A program made the position numbers and the translations under genes. The notes beneath the pieces are model-generated. The model ran no database searches. It was not told where the DNA came from and worked only from the letters and a program-made list of their open reading frames with translations. 29,687 nt of DNA from positions 1 through 29,687 of IMG/VR virus record IMGVR_UViG_3300043185_000108. One strand, written 5' to 3'. The stretch comes from a virus (Duplodnaviria > Caudoviricetes). This document shows positions 7,993 through 16,362 of the stretch, in pieces (the stretch's first letter is position 1; each line of letters starts with the position of its first letter).

Positions 7993-10041
7993 TTACGCAC
8001 CGGCGCTCTTGACCGCCGCCCGGTAGTCCTGCATGGCGACGCCGAAGTCGAAGTAGCCGCGCCACTTCATCCCGAGCGTGTCGAAGTCCGTCTCCCCGCT
8101 CTCGATGGTCGGCGTCCGCTGGCCGCGCAGGTACGCGATCTCCATCGCGGCCACGTCGGCCGGGTTGGCGAACAAGTACCAGGCGGTCGCGCTGCTGCCG
8201 GCCAGCCCCTGGGCGTTCAGGTAGGGCGAGGCGTAGGGCTGCCACTTGCCCGCGTGCGGGTTGTTGGCCGGCTTCGGCTTGTCGGCCGTGGTGGTCTCGT
8301 TGACCCGCGTCTCGGTCATGAGCTGCTGGGCGGTGACCTTGAGGCCGGTCGGCACGAGCAGGATCGCCGACTTGACCAGGATCGGGTCACCGTTCTTGTC
8401 GGTCTGATTGTCGAACAGCTCCTCGGCGGTCGTCAGCGAGCCGATTTGCAAGGCCGTCGCCGCGCCGGACTGGAGGTTCTTGTTGGCCACGCTGAAGAAG
8501 CCGCCGGGGTTCGACAGCAAGAGCGTGAAGACCGCCTTCTCCACGGCGATGGCCGACTGCCGGCCGAGGATGCGCGGGATTTGCAGGAACGCCCCGAGGT
8601 CGTCGTTGATGATCATCTGCCGGGTCAGCGCGATGATCTTGCCGTAGGTGTCGATCTGGTTCGTATAAGACTCTTCCGTGAGGTTCGCGTGCTTCAACTC
8701 GCCGTCGGGGCCGACCTTCTCGAAGGTGCCCTGGCCGGTCATGCGGTAGCGCGTTACCTGCTTGAAGTCGTTCACGTCGGCCTGGGCGCAGATGACCGTC
8801 GCCACGCCCTCGACGGCGGTGTACGCCTCCAGCAGCGCCTTGTTGGCGACGTTAGACAGGATGCCCGACAGGCTGATCGTGGAGAAGCTGCCGCCCGCGG
8901 CGCGAATCGTCCGGTCGGCCTCGAACGCGGTGCGGATCGTCTCGTCGGTCATCCGGCCGGGCCGTGCGTGCCCGCCCGCCGCGTGGATCACCTGGAAGAA
9001 CAGCTCGTGCAGGCCCATGCCGCACAGGTCGCGGGACCGGGCGGCCTCGACCGCCGGCGCGCCGTACCAGCCGAGAACCTTCTCCTCGGGCATCCGCACT
9101 GACAGACACAATGCCGCTTCGACGGCGGCGGCGGTCATCGGCTTGCCGCCGGACTGGAGCGCCGGGCCGCTCGGCCGCTTCTCACGCAGCACTTCCAATT
9201 CGGTACGCGTCGCGTCCCATCCCTCTTCGATGGCCCTGGCCTCGATGTCCGCGTGCTTCCCGCCGCAGACTTTGCGGATGGCGGCGATGCGTTTGGCCTC
9301 GGTCGCCGCCTCGGCGCGAATCGTCGCGGCCGGGTTCTCGTTCGCCAGCGTGGGTGGCTCTTCCGGCCGGGCGTCGTACATCGCCCGGAGGCTGGTCGTC
9401 TGCTGCTCGGTGAGCGTGTTCCCTGCGAACCCCTGCTCGTCGAGCCACTGTGCAAAGTCCATGTCGGTCTCCTGCGGTTGGTCGGCGCTGGCGGCGATCT
9501 GGGCCGAGGTGTTCTCGTCCGCGCCGAGCACCACGAAACTGATCTCTCCCAGGGACGCGCGCCGGGCCACGTTGAGCGGGCCGGCGAACTCCCGGCCGTT
9601 GACCTGAGTGGTCTTCCCCTCGGGCACGAACTCCACCTGCTCGGCCCGCGCCCCGATGGACGCCTGCCAGGCGAATCCCCGGTCGTTCAGGGCGATCACC
9701 TGCCGTGCCTTGGGCGAGTCGCCCATCACCTGCCCGGCAACGACAAGCTGATGGTTCATGACCGCGACGGAGTCGGTCTGTCCCATCACGAAGTCCACGT
9801 CGCGGGTGTGGTCGAGCAGGATCGGCCGCCGCTGCCGCCCGGCGTCGAGCCCGGCGAGATCGACGACGACCGGGTAGCGCCAGCCGGCGAGCGGCATCGC
9901 GCCGCCGGTGTAGGCGGTCATGGTGAACCGCCGCAGCGCCTGCGCGTCGCCCTCGGCGGGAGCGGCTTCGAGTTCGACCGCCGCCGCCAGCAAGTTCAGC
10001 CGACCGTCACTCGGCCGGTTCTTCGACTTCGGCTTCTTCAT
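7993..10041 (-). CDS. Prohead protease-scaffold-major capsid fusion protein (Mu gpT-like capsid domain)
   Basis: Protease part AYTGG...PILLDH...WQASIGA...EISFVVLGAD; coiled linker; capsid part DFKQVTRYR, YGKIIALTRQMIINDDLGAF, YFDFGVAMQDYR. Start placed at ATG 10041 (alternative 10098). Confidence 0.85.
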   Translation of the reverse strand: MKKPKSKNRPSDGRLNLLAAAVELEAAPAEGDAQALRRFTMTAYTGGAMPLAGWRYPVVVDLAGLDAGRQRRPILLDHTRDVDFVMGQTDSVAVMNHQLVVAGQVMGDSPKARQVIALNDRGFAWQASIGARAEQVEFVPEGKTTQVNGREFAGPLNVARRASLGEISFVVLGADENTSAQIAASADQPQETDMDFAQWLDEQGFAGNTLTEQQTTSLRAMYDARPEEPPTLANENPAATIRAEAATEAKRIAAIRKVCGGKHADIEARAIEEGWDATRTELEVLREKRPSGPALQSGGKPMTAAAVEAALCLSVRMPEEKVLGWYGAPAVEAARSRDLCGMGLHELFFQVIHAAGGHARPGRMTDETIRTAFEADRTIRAAGGSFSTISLSGILSNVANKALLEAYTAVEGVATVICAQADVNDFKQVTRYRMTGQGTFEKVGPDGELKHANLTEESYTNQIDTYGKIIALTRQMIINDDLGAFLQIPRILGRQSAIAVEKAVFTLLLSNPGGFFSVANKNLQSGAATALQIGSLTTAEELFDNQTDKNGDPILVKSAILLVPTGLKVTAQQLMTETRVNETTTADKPKPANNPHAGKWQPYASPYLNAQGLAGSSATAWYLFANPADVAAMEIAYLRGQRTPTIESGETDFDTLGMKWRGYFDFGVAMQDYRAAVKSAGA

Positions 10042-11503
10042 CGATCGGTTCCTCGGTCTCCTCGTCGGGTTGGTCCGGTTCGGGTTCGTCAGGCTCATTT
10101 GGAGCGGGTGGGGCCGCCGGCGTCAGGCCGAGTTCGGCCATGAGCGTGACCTCCTTGGCCCGCTGGCGCAGGGCTTCCTCCCAGTCCCGTCCCTGGCGGG
10201 CGAACTCGTGCGCGAGCGTGGTCGTGTGGTTGCTCAGGCGCGTGGCCTGGGCGGACGCTTCTTTCGCGGGATCGACGTGTTCCTGACCGTCCCAAAACCA
10301 CTGGTGCGGCCAGTCGGCGAACGGCCCCAGGCCGGCGGGGAGCAGGCCAGGGATGAGGGCGGCCTCGTCGAGCCAGGCGGCGAAGACGCGGTCGAGGACG
10401 ACGCACTCCAGGTGGGACTGATCGACGCGGATCGCCTTGAAGTAGGTTTGGTGATCGAGGCGACCCGAGGCGTAGTTGTAACCCGATGAATTCCCGGCCG
10501 CGACGTTGAACGGCATGTTCAGGCAGCGGGCGATCTCGTTCAGGACCTCGTGCTTGAACTCGGCGTATCCCGTCGAGGGTTGCTCCGCTTGCAGCTGCGA
10601 CATCTTCCAGCCGCCGGGCATCGTGACGAGCGCCCGCTTCTCCAGTTCGATCGGCTCGAACGGTTCGGCGGCGTCGGCTTCGCCCGAAGCGGGGGCATCG
10701 GTGTAGAGGATGCCCGCGAAGTCGGCGGCCGTCTCGGCGGCGGCGATCACGGCGAGGGTGAACCGCCGCAGTTGGGCGAACAGCGGCAGGGCCGGCAGGA
10801 TGTCGGGCACGCCCCGGGCCTGGCCGGGCCGGTCGCAGCGGAACCAGTGCAGCATCGCGGCCGCCGGGACGCGGTCGTAGTCGAGGTAGAACCGGGTGGT
10901 CGTCTCCCCCGGATGCTCCTTCAGCACGTGGTACTCGACCGGGTTGCCGGCCTTGTCGAACACGATCCCGTCCACGGCGTTCGTCACGACCGCGCTGGCG
11001 TCCGGCGTGCAAACCTGGTCGGCCTCGACGAGTCGCAGGTCCAGCTGCACCGCCGTCGGCAGCTTCGGTTTGCTCGTCAGGACGACGAACGCCTCGCCGT
11101 CACTGGCCCGCGCCATCCGCATGGTGCGGAGCTTCTCGGCCAGACCGACCGCCTTCGCCCATGCGGCGAACGCCTCCTCGATGAGCCGACCTGCTTCGGC
11201 ATCCTCGGTCAGCATCTGTAGTCGGGGGCCGGTGCCGACCACGTCGTTGGCGAGCGTCAGCACGATGCCGCGCGCGTAGCTGTTGTTGGCGACCTCGTAG
11301 CGGGAGCGGTTCCGCAGGACGCGGCGGACCTCGGCGCTGTTGGCCGCGTTCGCGGAGAGCCCGTCCGCGTTCGCCCAGTGCCGCCGGTTCTCGTCGCTGG
11401 TCACGGCCGCGTCGTAGCGGGCACGAACAACCCGCACCGCACGCGGCCCGGCCGAGTTCGCGCGCTTGGCGCTCGTGAACAGGTTGGAGAGCCAGGTCAG
11501 CAC
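10007..11503 (-). CDS. Phage portal protein, lambda family
   Basis: ARYDAA, LRNRSRYEVANNSYARG, VVGTGP, RPGQARGVP, NYASGR and VDPAKE motifs. Confidence 0.9.
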   Translation of the reverse strand: MLTWLSNLFTSAKRANSAGPRAVRVVRARYDAAVTSDENRRHWANADGLSANAANSAEVRRVLRNRSRYEVANNSYARGIVLTLANDVVGTGPRLQMLTEDAEAGRLIEEAFAAWAKAVGLAEKLRTMRMARASDGEAFVVLTSKPKLPTAVQLDLRLVEADQVCTPDASAVVTNAVDGIVFDKAGNPVEYHVLKEHPGETTTRFYLDYDRVPAAAMLHWFRCDRPGQARGVPDILPALPLFAQLRRFTLAVIAAAETAADFAGILYTDAPASGEADAAEPFEPIELEKRALVTMPGGWKMSQLQAEQPSTGYAEFKHEVLNEIARCLNMPFNVAAGNSSGYNYASGRLDHQTYFKAIRVDQSHLECVVLDRVFAAWLDEAALIPGLLPAGLGPFADWPHQWFWDGQEHVDPAKEASAQATRLSNHTTTLAHEFARQGRDWEEALRQRAKEVTLMAELGLTPAAPPAPNEPDEPEPDQPDEETEEPIDEEAEVEEPAE

Positions 11504-11701
11504 TTACGACACTCCCGGTGGAACGAGCTTGTTGAACCGCAGCCCACGCTGCTTCGACTTCGCGGCGTCCTTCGACGCGAGGTAACGGTCGGCCTCAATC
11601 TGGTCCGGGAGAGGATGCTGTTCAACCGAGCCAGCGTCGCCCGACGCCTTCGCCGGTCCCTTGGCGTTCTGCTCGATGGTGTCTTCGAGATCATCGGCCA
11701 T
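11504..11701 (-). CDS. Small head completion protein (gpW position)
   Basis: 65 aa MADDLEDTIEQNAKGP...LVPPGVS between terminase and portal; GAGG RBS. Confidence 0.65.
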   Translation of the reverse strand: MADDLEDTIEQNAKGPAKASGDAGSVEQHPLPDQIEADRYLASKDAAKSKQRGLRFNKLVPPGVS

Positions 11702-11803
11702 GTTCGGGCCCCTCGCGGACGCGGATTGCGGGCGTCTACAAGAAGGCCTTTGCAAGTCGGCGGCGGGTTGACGCGAAGGGCAGTCGAAAAGTGCAGGATC
11801 GTG

Positions 11804-12004
11804 CTACATCTGGCGATCTGGCCTGGCGGTCACGGACGGCAGAGCCTCGAACGTGACCACCCTCCGCCCACAGTGACGGCAGGCCTTTCGCCGGCGGATG
11901 CGTCCGTCGCGCAGCGGCTCGGTGTGCGTTGTCTTGAAGTGCCTACAACCGCAACGGCTGCAAACGATGCCGAGGTCGCGTCGAGCGGGTTGTGGTGCTT
12001 TCAT
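11804..12004 (-). CDS. Small zinc-ribbon protein (NrdR-N/Ogr-Delta-like), possible late regulator
   Basis: CSRCGC...IRRRKACRHCGRRVVTFE; ATGA overlap with the terminase stop; GGAGG RBS. Confidence 0.7.
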   Translation of the reverse strand: MKAPQPARRDLGIVCSRCGCRHFKTTHTEPLRDGRIRRRKACRHCGRRVVTFEALPSVTARPDRQM

Positions 12005-14268
12005 CGCTGCGCCCTCCGTTGCAACTCGCGAAAGCTGACCCGCTCGCGCTTGGAGGGTGCGCGACCGTCGGTGCCGAAGAGAACCGCGCCCTGGATCGAC
12101 GCTGCCACGGCGCAGCCGACCAGGCAGTCGAACCAGTGGTTGTCGCCACGCTCCGGCCGCAGCTTCCACTCGTCCACAGTGCGGCCGCGACCCTCGGTCT
12201 TCACGCGGTACTCGGCGGTGACGTGTTCCGCGAACAATCGATGCGTCTCGGCCTTGTCACCGAACAAGGACAGACAGCCCTTCTCGCCCATCGGCACGGC
12301 GAGCCGGGCATGAACGAAGGACTTCCAGAAATTGGTGTCGTAGAGCGCGTGTCGCACCGCGCGCTTGCCCTGGACGTTCGGAATTCGCCAGTTGAAACCG
12401 ACCCGGTCCCCCGGCCGCCGCTTGTACTCGCTGAACGGCTGCGAGGACGCACCGACGAACCGGCCGTGGCTGGGCAGCACGATCCCGGCGTGGGCCGACT
12501 GCCGGCAGAACTGGTAGACCACGTCCGTCGAAGAGCCCCAGTTGGCGTCGATCAGGCAGCGTTCGACCCGCAGGTCCGCGCCGTCGTCGCGCCGCCACGG
12601 ACGGCCGAGCAAGTCGGTAGTGAGCGCATCCAGGCCCGCGTAGATCGCCCCTTCCAGTCCGCCCGTCGGCGTCGCGGCGGCGAGCGTGAGTCGTGCGTCT
12701 CGGAGCGTGAAGTAGGCACGTTTCTGGTCGGGCCAGGTGCCGTAATCGAGGACGTATCCAGTGAAGTCGTCCTCCCAGGCGGCGACGACCCAGAAGAGCA
12801 AGTTGGCCTGCACGTCGATGAAGGCGGTGATGTGGTCGCAGCCGACCGGCACCTCGCTCCGCTTCATCCGGTTGAACTTCGCGGCGATCTGGTCGGCGGT
12901 TAGCTCGTCGTCCGCCGCCGTCTCGGCGGGCAGCGGTTCGTTCTGATACTCGGCGAAGAACGCGGCCTCGTCCTGGAGCCGCAGGTTCATCGCGTGCTGC
13001 ACCGCCGACAACTCGTCGTGGTTGAATCGCTCGGGCCACGCGATGACCGCCCCCTCGTCCATCGCCTGACGGTTCTCGCGGTAGAACGCGGTTGCCTCCT
13101 CGCCGCCGTTCCCCTGGCGCATGCTCTCGGCGCGGACCTCGGCGTACCGTTGCCAGAGCTTCTCGTTCACCGGGAACGAGTAGACCATCTTGGTTCGTTC
13201 GCCATTCCACTCCGGGTGCTTGTCGCGGTCCAGGATAGAGTCGGCCATGTCGCCAGGCCGGATGACCGTGCAGGGCATGATCCCGGAGATCTTCTGGCCA
13301 GGCCCGGACAAGCCGAGGACCGCTCCGGCCAGGACGCTCTCCCGCGTGGCGCATTGCGACAGCGACCGCGCCGATTCGTCCGTCTGCGGATCGTCGAGGA
13401 CGACCAGCGTCGGGCGGACGGTGCGGCCGTCGGCACGCTTGTACTTCATGCCCCGGATTCGCCCGGTGATCCCGGCGACTTTGATGATCGCCCCGCTCGC
13501 CGTGCTTCCGGGCATCGTCGGCAGCACGATCTCGCGCGCGGTCCAGCCGATGTGCGTTCGCTCGCCTTTGTAGAGCTGGCCGTTGCAGCGGTTGGCAATC
13601 CCGTCGAGGCACTGGATCGGGTAGACCACCTCGGGGAAGTCTTCGAGCAACAGGTCGTTGCCGTCCAGCTCCATCTTGATCGAGTCGAGCATGTCCATCG
13701 CGTGCCCTTCGTCGCTGCCAATGAGGCACACGAACTCGCGGTGCCCGAAGAGCACGGCCCAGATGCAGGCGCACTCGCAGATCGTGCTCTTCCCCGAACC
13801 GCGCGGCATGGCCATTGCGAAGAGGCCGCCGCGCAGCACGGCCTGCTCGATCTTGGCGATTACTTTCAGATGGTCCCGCGACCACGGCAGGTGGAATGTC
13901 AGCGGGAAGTACTGCTCGCAGAAGAAGCGGAAATCGGACGCGGCCTTCTCTTTCCTCTCCGCGTTCACGACGTCCGGCACGTCGCCGATGTCCCGGCCCG
14001 CCAGCGACAGGGCAATGTTTCGGGCGCGGGCACGCCCCTTCAGCGTCTCGTAGGGATCGCCGTCCCGTTCTGGTCTCGGGGCGTGCCGGACTTGGACAAG
14101 CCAACCGACGTAGCGCACGAGGTCCACGTGCCGGGCGTCGCCGATCCGCAACCCCGCGCGCGTGCGATGGCGGTGCAACTGCCGCTCGCCGATCACCTCG
14201 CCCAGCGGGGTCGAGTTGAGCAGGCGGCAGAGTTCGCTCGGTCGCAGCCGCCGCGGGTCAGTCGCCAC
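12001..14268 (-). CDS. terL: Terminase large subunit, GpA-type, with N-terminal wHTH extension
   Basis: Walker A MPRGSGKST, Walker B VVLDDPQ, nuclease AFIDVQ, CLIDANWG and NHWFDCLVG. Confidence 0.9.
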   Translation of the reverse strand: MATDPRRLRPSELCRLLNSTPLGEVIGERQLHRHRTRAGLRIGDARHVDLVRYVGWLVQVRHAPRPERDGDPYETLKGRARARNIALSLAGRDIGDVPDVVNAERKEKAASDFRFFCEQYFPLTFHLPWSRDHLKVIAKIEQAVLRGGLFAMAMPRGSGKSTICECACIWAVLFGHREFVCLIGSDEGHAMDMLDSIKMELDGNDLLLEDFPEVVYPIQCLDGIANRCNGQLYKGERTHIGWTAREIVLPTMPGSTASGAIIKVAGITGRIRGMKYKRADGRTVRPTLVVLDDPQTDESARSLSQCATRESVLAGAVLGLSGPGQKISGIMPCTVIRPGDMADSILDRDKHPEWNGERTKMVYSFPVNEKLWQRYAEVRAESMRQGNGGEEATAFYRENRQAMDEGAVIAWPERFNHDELSAVQHAMNLRLQDEAAFFAEYQNEPLPAETAADDELTADQIAAKFNRMKRSEVPVGCDHITAFIDVQANLLFWVVAAWEDDFTGYVLDYGTWPDQKRAYFTLRDARLTLAAATPTGGLEGAIYAGLDALTTDLLGRPWRRDDGADLRVERCLIDANWGSSTDVVYQFCRQSAHAGIVLPSHGRFVGASSQPFSEYKRRPGDRVGFNWRIPNVQGKRAVRHALYDTNFWKSFVHARLAVPMGEKGCLSLFGDKAETHRLFAEHVTAEYRVKTEGRGRTVDEWKLRPERGDNHWFDCLVGCAVAASIQGAVLFGTDGRAPSKRERVSFRELQRRAQR

Positions 14269-14482
14269 CGGACATCACCTTCACCAGCCATGCCGCGTAG
14301 TGCACCAGGTTCAGCGTCCCGTCGGCGTTCGTGGGCGCGCCGGCGTCGAGGTCGGCCCGGAGCATTTCCACCGTGATCGGCGCGCCGCCCGCCTTGGACA
14401 GGAGCCGGGCGGCGTCGGCCAGCGCCAGGGCGTTCGGGTTCAGGCCCACCGGGGGCGTCGCATCGCGGTTTTCGGCCATCAT
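14258..14482 (-). CDS. Small wHTH protein, candidate terminase small subunit (Nu1-like DNA-binding domain)
   Basis: 74 aa directly upstream of and overlapping terL; AARLLSK...GAPTNADGTLNLVHYAAWL. Confidence 0.6.
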   Translation of the reverse strand: MMAENRDATPPVGLNPNALALADAARLLSKAGGAPITVEMLRADLDAGAPTNADGTLNLVHYAAWLVKVMSGGD

Positions 14483-14515
14483 TTCGCCCCCCGAAAAACC
14501 TTCAGAAATCTGGTT

Positions 14516-14536
14516 GAACTCCGCTTGATGTTCTCC
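14516..14536 (+). promoter_or_regulatory. Repeated 21-bp upstream motif, copy 1 (contains -35-like TTGATG)
   Basis: gaactccgcttgatgttctcc, 19/21 identical to 16259-16279; both precede plus-strand genes. Confidence 0.55.
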
Positions 14537-14601
14537 CGAACGCGAGGTAACTGACTGTCACAGCGCAGATGCAACCTATTGCCACGAAAGGAGAAACGGC
14601 G

Positions 14602-14805
14602 ATGAAGCGACGCGGGAAACGGACCAGCGAACGGGGGTTCGAGGCGAAGCTCGCGCGATTGCTGGAACGGGTGCTTGACCAGCGCGGGGGCCGGGTCGAG
14701 ACGTTCGAGCAGGCGGGGGTTCTCACGATGAATCGCGGGCTGGTGGTCACCATGCCCAACCGGCAGGAGTTCCAACTGACCATCGTCGAGAGCACCCGCC
14801 GCTAG
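14602..14805 (+). CDS. Small hypothetical protein
   Basis: AAGGAG RBS; VETFEQAGVLTMNRGLVV...EFQLTIV reads as a compact globular domain. Confidence 0.7.
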   Translation: MKRRGKRTSERGFEAKLARLLERVLDQRGGRVETFEQAGVLTMNRGLVVTMPNRQEFQLTIVESTRR

Positions 14806-14809
14806 TGAA

Positions 14810-14869
14810 GCCGAAACGCCCTGCGGGGCGTCGCGGCGGATGGTTTCCGCCCCCTGATGATGGCAGCCA
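14810..14869 (+). ncRNA. Type II hammerhead ribozyme
   Basis: GCC-GAAA-CGCCC(TGCG)GGGCG-TC / GCGGCGGA(TGGTT)TCCGCCCC-CTGATGA-T-GGC-AGCCA: complete core, three stems and a loop I pseudoknot. Confidence 0.85.
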
Positions 14870-14901
14870 CACCATCGAAACCTCGTAAGAGGAGACGACC
14901 C

Positions 14902-15258
14902 ATGTCCGCGAAGAAGAAGACCACCAAGACCCAGGCCCCGGCGAGCGCCGCCAAGAAGGCCCCCAAGGCCAAGGCCGCGAAGCCCGCCAAGACCAAGCCC
15001 GAGGCCACCGCCAAGGCGAAGAAGCTCAGCGCCATCGACGCCGCCGTCAAGGTCCTGAGCGAGAACGGCCAGGCCATGAACTGCAAGGAGATGATCGACG
15101 CGATGGGGGCGAAGGGGTACTGGACCAGCCCCGCCGGCAAGACGCCGCACGCCACGCTCTACGCCGCGATCCTCCGCGAGATCACGACCAGGGGGAAGGA
15201 AGCCCGGTTCAAGAAGACCGACCGGGGCCAGTTCGGGCTGGCCAAGGTGGGAGGGTAG
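14902..15258 (+). CDS. HARE-HTH winged-helix protein with Lys/Ala-rich N-terminal tail
   Basis: LSAIDAAVKVL...MNCKEMID...GKTPHATLYAAILREI...RFKKTDRGQFGL; GAGGAG RBS. Confidence 0.8.
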   Translation: MSAKKKTTKTQAPASAAKKAPKAKAAKPAKTKPEATAKAKKLSAIDAAVKVLSENGQAMNCKEMIDAMGAKGYWTSPAGKTPHATLYAAILREITTRGKEARFKKTDRGQFGLAKVGG

Positions 15259-15261
15259 GCC

Positions 15262-15636
15262 ATGCGACGTTCGCAACGGGACGTCGTGTTCGAGGTGTGC
15301 CGTGGCCGGCTCGCGCGCCACGTGCGGTTCATTGACGGTCGCGGCTACACCCAACATTGCACGTCCGACGTGCTCGGGCAGGTCGCCTGTCTTGTCGAGG
15401 AGCGCGGACAGGACGGCATCACCACCAACGAGTTGTGGGAGGCGCTTCCCGACCTGCCCTGCACGCAAGTCTCCATCGCTCTGGCCTTCCTCAAGGACCG
15501 GGGCTGCGCCGAAGCGCGCGGACGGCGGTCGTATGCCGCCTCCACCACGCTCTACGAGGACGCGATGACCGAGTTTCACTACCTGGCTCACGTGGCGAGC
15601 GGGGGAGCCGAAGCTCCCTCGCCATGTGGCCCATGA
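15262..15636 (+). CDS. Hypothetical protein, probable winged helix
   Basis: GGAGG RBS, 3 nt after the previous stop; TTNELWEALPDLPCTQVSIALAFLKDRG. Confidence 0.65.
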   Translation: MRRSQRDVVFEVCRGRLARHVRFIDGRGYTQHCTSDVLGQVACLVEERGQDGITTNELWEALPDLPCTQVSIALAFLKDRGCAEARGRRSYAASTTLYEDAMTEFHYLAHVASGGAEAPSPCGP

Positions 15637-15656
15637 CAGAAACGGAGGCGTAACGA

Positions 15657-16022
15657 ATGGACCGCGAAGTTCTGAAACTGATGGCCCACATCGACCAGAC
15701 GCGAGCCGACGTGCGGACCGCCATCGAGCGCATGCCGCCGGACGATCTGGTTCAGCTGTTCCGCGACTGCACGGCGGGCCGTTTGGCAAGCCACTCGATG
15801 GACGGCGAGACCATGCAGCTGGTCGGCATGCTGGCGGCGATGGCCATCTACGACATCTGCCAGGGCCGCGAAGACGCGGACGATTGGACGCCGCCCGGCC
15901 CCGCGTGCCCGCACTGCGGGGAGGACGACATCGATCACCTCGTCTGGCTCGACGACGAGAAAGTGCGCTGCGACAGTTGCGGCACCGTCTACGATCCGAA
16001 CTTGCCGGACGAGGAAGCGTAG
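15657..16022 (+). CDS. Hypothetical protein with C-terminal zinc ribbon
   Basis: GGAGG RBS; CPHCGE...CDSCGTVY. Confidence 0.7.
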   Translation: MDREVLKLMAHIDQTRADVRTAIERMPPDDLVQLFRDCTAGRLASHSMDGETMQLVGMLAAMAIYDICQGREDADDWTPPGPACPHCGEDDIDHLVWLDDEKVRCDSCGTVYDPNLPDEEA

Positions 16023-16048
16023 CCCGCCCCGAAAACCCCATCGCCCAC

Positions 16049-16073
16049 GAGACCCCCTGGCGGGGTCTCTTCT
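16049..16073 (+). terminator. Putative intrinsic terminator
   Basis: gagacccc-ctggc-ggggtctc 8-bp stem followed by ttctc, just after the plus-strand operon; weak U tract. Confidence 0.5.
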
Positions 16074-16109
16074 CGTTGGACCCGTGGGCGCTCACCCCCG
16101 CATCCCCGA

Positions 16110-16216
16110 CGCGACGTGGGCCAACGTGGGCGGGCGGTCCCCCCCGTTGGGCGTTTGGTCCGCCTCGGGGCAACCCGCCGCGACGTGGCCCAACGTGGGC
16201 GACCCGTTGGCCAACC
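16110..16216. repeat. Two copies of gcgacgtggscc aacgtgggcg; the second extends to a 40-bp match inside the primase gene
   Basis: Copies near 16111 and 16180; 16177-16216 matches 20191-20230 at 36/40. Confidence 0.8.
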
Positions 16217-16258
16217 ACGGGGCCGTTGGCCCCCGGCAAATCCCCGGCGAATCCACCC

Positions 16259-16279
16259 GAACTTGGCTTGATGTTCTCC
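16259..16279 (+). promoter_or_regulatory. Repeated 21-bp upstream motif, copy 2
   Basis: gaacttggcttgatgttctcc; see 14516-14536. Confidence 0.55.
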
Positions 16280-16362
16280 ACGGTTCCTGGCTCCTGTGTC
16301 CTGGCCGGCGCGGATTGGCCGCGCCGCGAACCAACGATCTTTGACAACGGGAGGACCAACTC

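Noticed and set aside
16110-16216. Possible mini-CRISPR array or DGR template/variable repeat pair
   Set aside because: Only two local copies, no cas genes, no reverse transcriptase; one of the four mismatches does not involve adenine and the target is a mid-gene linker.
14479-16359. 626-aa minus-strand ORF
   Set aside because: Patchwork antisense to plus-strand genes that have strong RBSs and recognisable domains.
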